From an uncultured virus (IMG/VR IMGVR_UViG_3300011871_000052) (Duplodnaviria > Heunggongvirae > Uroviricota > Caudoviricetes), in the IMG/VR virus record IMGVR_UViG_3300011871_000052: a DNA stretch of 20,000 nucleotides; one strand, written 5' to 3'. Within the stretch, counting starts at the first letter, position 1, and the number at the start of each line of letters is the position of its first letter. A model generated the notes under the pieces. That model was not told the origin of the DNA and made no database searches. It was given only the letters and a program-made list of their open reading frames with translations. Position numbers and translations under genes: made by a program. Shown here in pieces: positions 15,936 to 20,000 of this stretch.

Positions 15936-16063
15936 TGGTGGCAGGAAAACCACTTAAGGTGTCGAGCTATACTGTCCTGTCAGCATCATAAGCTCCAATC
16001 TCAACTTGAGTTCATCCTAATAAGGATTACTTTAGCGCATTAACGTCTTGCCACCACAAGACG
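15936..16063. ncRNA. candidate structured RNA (multibranch, ~120-130 nt)
   Basis: 11-bp closing stem TGGTGGCAGGA/TCTTGCCACCA enclosing 3-4 hairpins, plus a competing hairpin CGTCTTG-CCACCA-CAAGACG. Clearly richer in G+C than the flanks. Strand unresolved. Confidence 0.55.
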
Positions 16064-16113
16064 AAATAAAAGCCCACTAACATTAAATAACATTGCATGT
16101 GTCATTGTGAATG

Positions 16114-16142
16114 ATTATAATGTATTATAGACTAAAATACAA
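16114..16142 (-). promoter_or_regulatory. sigma70-like promoter pointing into the structured element
   Basis: Minus strand TTGTAT, 17-nt spacer, TATAAT. Confidence 0.55.
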
Positions 16143-16149
16143 CATAATT

Positions 16150-16386
16150 TTAAACACATTCTAACACAGCTTCCCATTTGAGGGTCTCACCTAAATAAGA
16201 TTTTTCCCTTCTAATCTGTTTAGGTGTAGGTCGAGCACTATAAGGTCTAGATTTCTTATCCAAGATCATTTCAGCAACAGGCGGCTCATATATATCTACA
16301 CGAGCATTATAAACAGTATATTCAGCCTTTACATACCAAAAACCTTTACGATAAATTACTTTAAAACCTAACTTAGGATCTGACAT
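16150..16386 (-). CDS. small basic hypothetical protein
   Basis: 78 aa with SD AAGGA, directly downstream of the methyltransferase. Confidence 0.7.
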   Translation of the reverse strand: MSDPKLGFKVIYRKGFWYVKAEYTVYNARVDIYEPPVAEMILDKKSRPYSARPTPKQIRREKSYLGETLKWEAVLECV

Positions 16387-16402
16387 TAAATTTCCTTAAT
16401 AA

Positions 16403-18022
16403 TTATTTTTCAATTCTTACAACAACAACAGAAACACCAGTTCCAGCAAATAAGTCCTTCATTGAATCTGAGTATTCATGTTTTGCCCCTTTTATAATCT
16501 GTTTGTTTTTAAATGATCCCGGAAGAATAGCAACTAATACTCCATTATTATTTAACAGGGAGAAAGCCATTTTAGTATGAAGTTCTGCACGACCATCACT
16601 AAATGGAGGATTCATAACAACTCTATCAAATCGCTCACTAGTTTTTGATGCCCATTGAACAAAATCATCATTAATAACCTGATTGAAGCCTTTGTTTTTT
16701 AAAATTTCTGTATTTAGTTTCGAAATCTCAACACATGTAGTTTGTTCAATTGGTAAAAACTTAGCAATACCTCCCTGACCAGCACTTGGCTCCAAGCACT
16801 TATGATCATCATCAATATCAGCCCAATCAACAACAAACTCTGCTAAAGGTGCCGGAGTAGGGTAATATTGGAATGTTTTAATATCTGGTAGATTGCCAGA
16901 TAAAACAATTTCTTGAATTACTTTTTTAATGTCATAATCAAATTCATACCAAACAGCCATATTGATTTGCTTACGTTCACCACCTAAGAATTCCAATATC
17001 TTATATACTTCCTTACTATCACTATCGCTCATAGTAGAAGGCACTCGTAAACTATTTTCATTATCTGTCCATCCACGATACTCTCTAAATCTATTACTTT
17101 CATTTCGGATAAGTGGAGGTTTATCAAGTGAGTTTAACCCTTTTATAATATTAAATGGTAATGTATGTAAATTTAATTCATATTTTTTGTCTTTATTTCT
17201 TATAGCTTCTTTGCGATCTCTATTTTTTTGAGGAATAGCAGTCGGATAAAGATGCGACAAAATAATATTAAGTTCTAAAGCAATATCAGGATGAACCTCA
17301 AGATGAACTGTTCCTTTTTTAAATGCTTTTATTTTAATGGCATTACCATCAAGAGAAATCCACTTACCAGAGTTATTGTAAGCATGGGCAAGTATGCTAT
17401 ATGTTGTTCCGTAGTCATATTCGCCACGTTTCATAATTCGCCCAACAACATCTCTCAAATCATCAATATAACCTTTTTGTTTATAATCAGGGGAATTATT
17501 GCCACTAAATACACCACCCATAATCATTCTTTTATAGAAACCTTCTGGACAATTAGTAACATGAACTTTAGAAAGGTTATTGAAAACGCCATCAACTTTT
17601 TCAGCGATAAAATCTGCACGAGAGTTTAGCAGAGACATAACAGTAGCTCTCACATTCTCTTGATTAAATTCAGGAGTTTGATGATTAGCTATTTGCTCAT
17701 CCCATTCTTCTCGTCGTTTTTGAGGCATTAGTTTTCTAACATCTGTTAGCGTTAAAATACTATCCCAATATTTGTCATTTAGATCTTGAATAGCACCTTC
17801 TTTTTTGAAAAGAACTTCTGGTGAAATAGAACGATAAATACTATCTTTACTAGAATTACCATTAACGAAGTAATGAAAAACGGTTGAGAGTTCTCGAATT
17901 AGATTATCTGAAACACTCACAATTTTATTTTTATCATACTCATATCGTGCAATAACGTTATCAATTAAATCAACCGAAACGGGAGAAAAAAATTGATTAA
18001 CAGTAATATCATCAATATCCAT
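16403..18022 (-). CDS. DUF4942-type protein with C-terminal SAM-dependent (amino) DNA methyltransferase domain
   Basis: FQYYPTP, motif I LEPSAGQG, CVEI, motif IV VVMNPPF and GVLVAILP. N-terminal LS..H.TN.PEGF and FKKGTVHL motifs are typical of this mobile-element family. Confidence 0.88.
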   Translation of the reverse strand: MDIDDITVNQFFSPVSVDLIDNVIARYEYDKNKIVSVSDNLIRELSTVFHYFVNGNSSKDSIYRSISPEVLFKKEGAIQDLNDKYWDSILTLTDVRKLMPQKRREEWDEQIANHQTPEFNQENVRATVMSLLNSRADFIAEKVDGVFNNLSKVHVTNCPEGFYKRMIMGGVFSGNNSPDYKQKGYIDDLRDVVGRIMKRGEYDYGTTYSILAHAYNNSGKWISLDGNAIKIKAFKKGTVHLEVHPDIALELNIILSHLYPTAIPQKNRDRKEAIRNKDKKYELNLHTLPFNIIKGLNSLDKPPLIRNESNRFREYRGWTDNENSLRVPSTMSDSDSKEVYKILEFLGGERKQINMAVWYEFDYDIKKVIQEIVLSGNLPDIKTFQYYPTPAPLAEFVVDWADIDDDHKCLEPSAGQGGIAKFLPIEQTTCVEISKLNTEILKNKGFNQVINDDFVQWASKTSERFDRVVMNPPFSDGRAELHTKMAFSLLNNNGVLVAILPGSFKNKQIIKGAKHEYSDSMKDLFAGTGVSVVVVRIEK

Positions 18023-18035
18023 ATCATTCCTTTAA

Positions 18036-18488
18036 TTAAAATTTTTCAAAAGATTTAGTTTCTACTTCCATATATTCACCATGAGTATCACGGATAACTT
18101 TTAGAGCTTTAATCTTCCAAAACTTAATATCACTCATTTTTTCAACAAGATCAGGGCGGTTTTTAAATGTTTGTTCTAGTACTTGGCTTTTTTCGCCGTT
18201 TTCAAGTAAGTTTACAATTTCAATGTAAAATTTATAAGTATCAAGTTTAGAATAAGGAGCATAAACCCAAGGAAAAGTTTCTGCTTTTTCTTGATTGAAG
18301 AGATCAACATCAGGCTGAGAGCTTCCTTCCAGATAGTCAAAGTAATTATTTTCTACCCATTGTTTAAAAATATACCAACCAATGTTCAGTAAGTCTTCAA
18401 GAGAGTTAGCTAAATAATGAGAATCAGCATATTTATCTTTTTGAATTACCAGTTGTGGAAATTTAATTCTATCATTGTATGGAATCAT
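18036..18488 (-). CDS. hypothetical protein
   Basis: Start moved to 18488 (MIPYNDR, SD AAGG). About 150 aa. Confidence 0.7.
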   Translation of the reverse strand: MIPYNDRIKFPQLVIQKDKYADSHYLANSLEDLLNIGWYIFKQWVENNYFDYLEGSSQPDVDLFNQEKAETFPWVYAPYSKLDTYKFYIEIVNLLENGEKSQVLEQTFKNRPDLVEKMSDIKFWKIKALKVIRDTHGEYMEVETKSFEKF

Positions 18489-18553
18489 TTTTTTACCTTT
18501 AATGTTTTTAAATATGACGTTATTATACATAAAATCATTATGCCATACAATAA

Positions 18554-18580
18554 AAAATCCTCTATAGGATAGAGGATTTT
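18554..18580 (-). terminator. Rho-independent terminator
   Basis: AAAATCCTCTAT-AGG-ATAGAGGATTTT right after the 18585 stop. Confidence 0.85.
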
Positions 18581-18584
18581 AGTT

Positions 18585-20000
18585 TTATTGGTTATTAGCA
18601 AATAATGTTATCTTTTCAGGGTCTTGATAACCAGAAGGCATGTTCACTACATACTCGCCTTTAACAACATCAACCTCTGGAGGCTTCCTGTATGCTTCAA
18701 AATACTTATATCCGGGTTGTAGTTGTTTCCAGAAAGCATAATGAGGAGAATTTTTATGTGAATTAAGGTTTTCATCTGTCATTCTAAAAGGGAAAATATC
18801 AATATTAATTGTTCTTTGTCCGTTTTTGAAAGAAGCTTGAACAAACTGATAAATTTCTTTAATATAATCATTTGTCATAGCATAACATCCAATAGATTGG
18901 CATCCACCATGTATCATAAGATATTTTCCAGTATAACCATGACTTCTATCAAAAGCGTTAGGGAAACCAATATTGATTGCTTTATAATAGCTACTGTTAG
19001 GCTGTAAGCTATTTAAGTTTGCTCTATAGAACCCTTCTGGACTTTTGTTATCTCCTGAATATTTTTTAGGACCTAAACCACCATTATAAGTACATATATT
19101 ATAAACGTTAGCAAGATAATATTTTTCTCCCTGTTTTAAATACATTTCAAGAGAATGATCTTCTTTAAATATACGTATATAAACATCTGATCCTAATAAT
19201 TTCTTATCTACCTTATCACCTCTAATTGCATGAGGTATGTATTGCCTTTTAGGTAAAGTTTCAGGAATAGGGATTAAAGAAATTTTATCTTTTTGTTTTT
19301 TATTTATTTCATCTTTTAATAAAACTTTAGGTTGCTGAACACTATTTATAGGAGCATCTTTTTTACTGGATTGAGTTACAGAAGGTGCTGGTAATAATTT
19401 AGTATCTTTTGCTTTCTGTTTTGCTTCTTCTTTATCAGCCTTGCTTGAACTTGTATTATATTGAGCAAAGAAATTACTAATATTGCTTTCTAAATTAGCA
19501 TCTTTATTATTATTAACTTTTAACTGATTATCATTTGTTTTATTATAATCAAAAAAATCATCTACATATTGCTCTGGTGTTTGATTATTGCTAATTTCTT
19601 TTTTAATGGGTTTAGGCTTTTCTGTTTTTTTCTGAGTTTTTAAATATTCATCATAATCAACCATTTTAGCAACTGGTGTATTATCTTCAAAAGCAGAAGG
19701 TAATCTTATTTTTTTCTTTTCTTTTGGAATAGTTTCAGGAATAGGTTCAAGGACAATCTTATTATATTTAGGATCGTCAATTGGTTTAGTATCAATTTGA
19801 ATAGATGTAGATAAAGGAGGAGTAACCGTCTTTTTTATTGGTGTTGAAACATCTATTTTAGGTGTAATTTTAGTTTCTATTTTTTGTGGAGGATTTGAAG
19901 GTGCGTCAGTCTCAAAAAGATCTTCATTATACGCATAACAATTACCCGCAAAAAAAGAAACAACAAGCGATAAGCTAATAACTGTTTTTTTAAATTTCAT
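18585..20000 (-). CDS. dpaA: exported YkuD-family (L,D-transpeptidase fold) protein, YafK/DpaA-like, with a long low-complexity N-terminal extension
   Basis: Signal peptide MKFKKTVISLSLVVSFFAGNCYA. The C-terminal ~200 aa carry YIRIFKE, GDNKSPEGFY, YYKAINIGFPNAFDR.HGY.GKYLMIHG.C.SIGCYAMT, FPFRMT and FWKQLQPGY, as recalled for enterobacterial YafK. The ATG lies at the window edge. Confidence 0.88.
   Translation of the reverse strand: MKFKKTVISLSLVVSFFAGNCYAYNEDLFETDAPSNPPQKIETKITPKIDVSTPIKKTVTPPLSTSIQIDTKPIDDPKYNKIVLEPIPETIPKEKKKIRLPSAFEDNTPVAKMVDYDEYLKTQKKTEKPKPIKKEISNNQTPEQYVDDFFDYNKTNDNQLKVNNNKDANLESNISNFFAQYNTSSSKADKEEAKQKAKDTKLLPAPSVTQSSKKDAPINSVQQPKVLLKDEINKKQKDKISLIPIPETLPKRQYIPHAIRGDKVDKKLLGSDVYIRIFKEDHSLEMYLKQGEKYYLANVYNICTYNGGLGPKKYSGDNKSPEGFYRANLNSLQPNSSYYKAINIGFPNAFDRSHGYTGKYLMIHGGCQSIGCYAMTNDYIKEIYQFVQASFKNGQRTINIDIFPFRMTDENLNSHKNSPHYAFWKQLQPGYKYFEAYRKPPEVDVVKGEYVVNMPSGYQDPEKITLFANNQ

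Noticed and set aside
15797..16063. tRNA, tmRNA, 5S rRNA, 6S or SRP RNA identity for the structured region
   Set aside because: An ACCA end and a T-arm-like loop exist but are in different parts and in the wrong order for a cloverleaf. No D arm or anticodon arm, no tmRNA 5' GGGG...GAUUCGAC or tag frame, and no 5S or SRP conserved motifs were found.
15936..16063. Retron msr-msd or CRISPR-like array
   Set aside because: No reverse transcriptase or cas gene in the window, and no regularly spaced direct repeats.
591..19007. Short antisense or overlapping ORFs in the track (591, 875, 3684, 5570, 5942, 7305, 8274, 8637, 9309, 13364, 13710, 13899, 16962, 17291, 18816)
   Set aside because: They overlap longer, motif-bearing genes, lack convincing SD sites and have the composition of shadow frames.

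Overview
Very AT-rich window (roughly a quarter G+C by eye) packed with short, mostly monocistronic genes. They have sigma70-like promoters, strong Shine-Dalgarno sites and many Rho-independent terminators. There are no core chromosomal, virion, replication or conjugation genes. It reads as the accessory region of a very large mobile element (megaplasmid or jumbo phage), probably from an enterobacterial host, because it carries a close YafK/DpaA-like protein. Recognisable genes: MazG-like NTP pyrophosphohydrolase, calcineurin-like metallophosphoesterase, P-loop (AAA_33-type) kinase, ATP-dependent RNA ligase, DEDDh 3'-5' exonuclease, Nudix hydrolase, DUF4942-type adenine methyltransferase and a YafK/DpaA (YkuD-family) cell-wall enzyme. 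The most interesting unexplained structures are: (i) a tandem array of six diverged two-TM membrane-protein paralogs (9.1-12.7 kb) with a seventh dispersed copy; (ii) a GC-enriched, multi-hairpin non-coding element at 15.8-16.1 kb with alternative or pseudoknot pairing; (iii) a promoter-to-terminator ORF-less sRNA candidate with CUCC loops at 6.35-6.48 kb; (iv) an unannotated 37-aa membrane peptide in its own transcription unit; (v) recurring Arg/Lys-rich C-terminal tails on unrelated proteins, resembling type IV secretion signals. Two N gaps (2955-2964, 5102-5265) limit two gene calls. All family calls come from motif recognition, not database searches.
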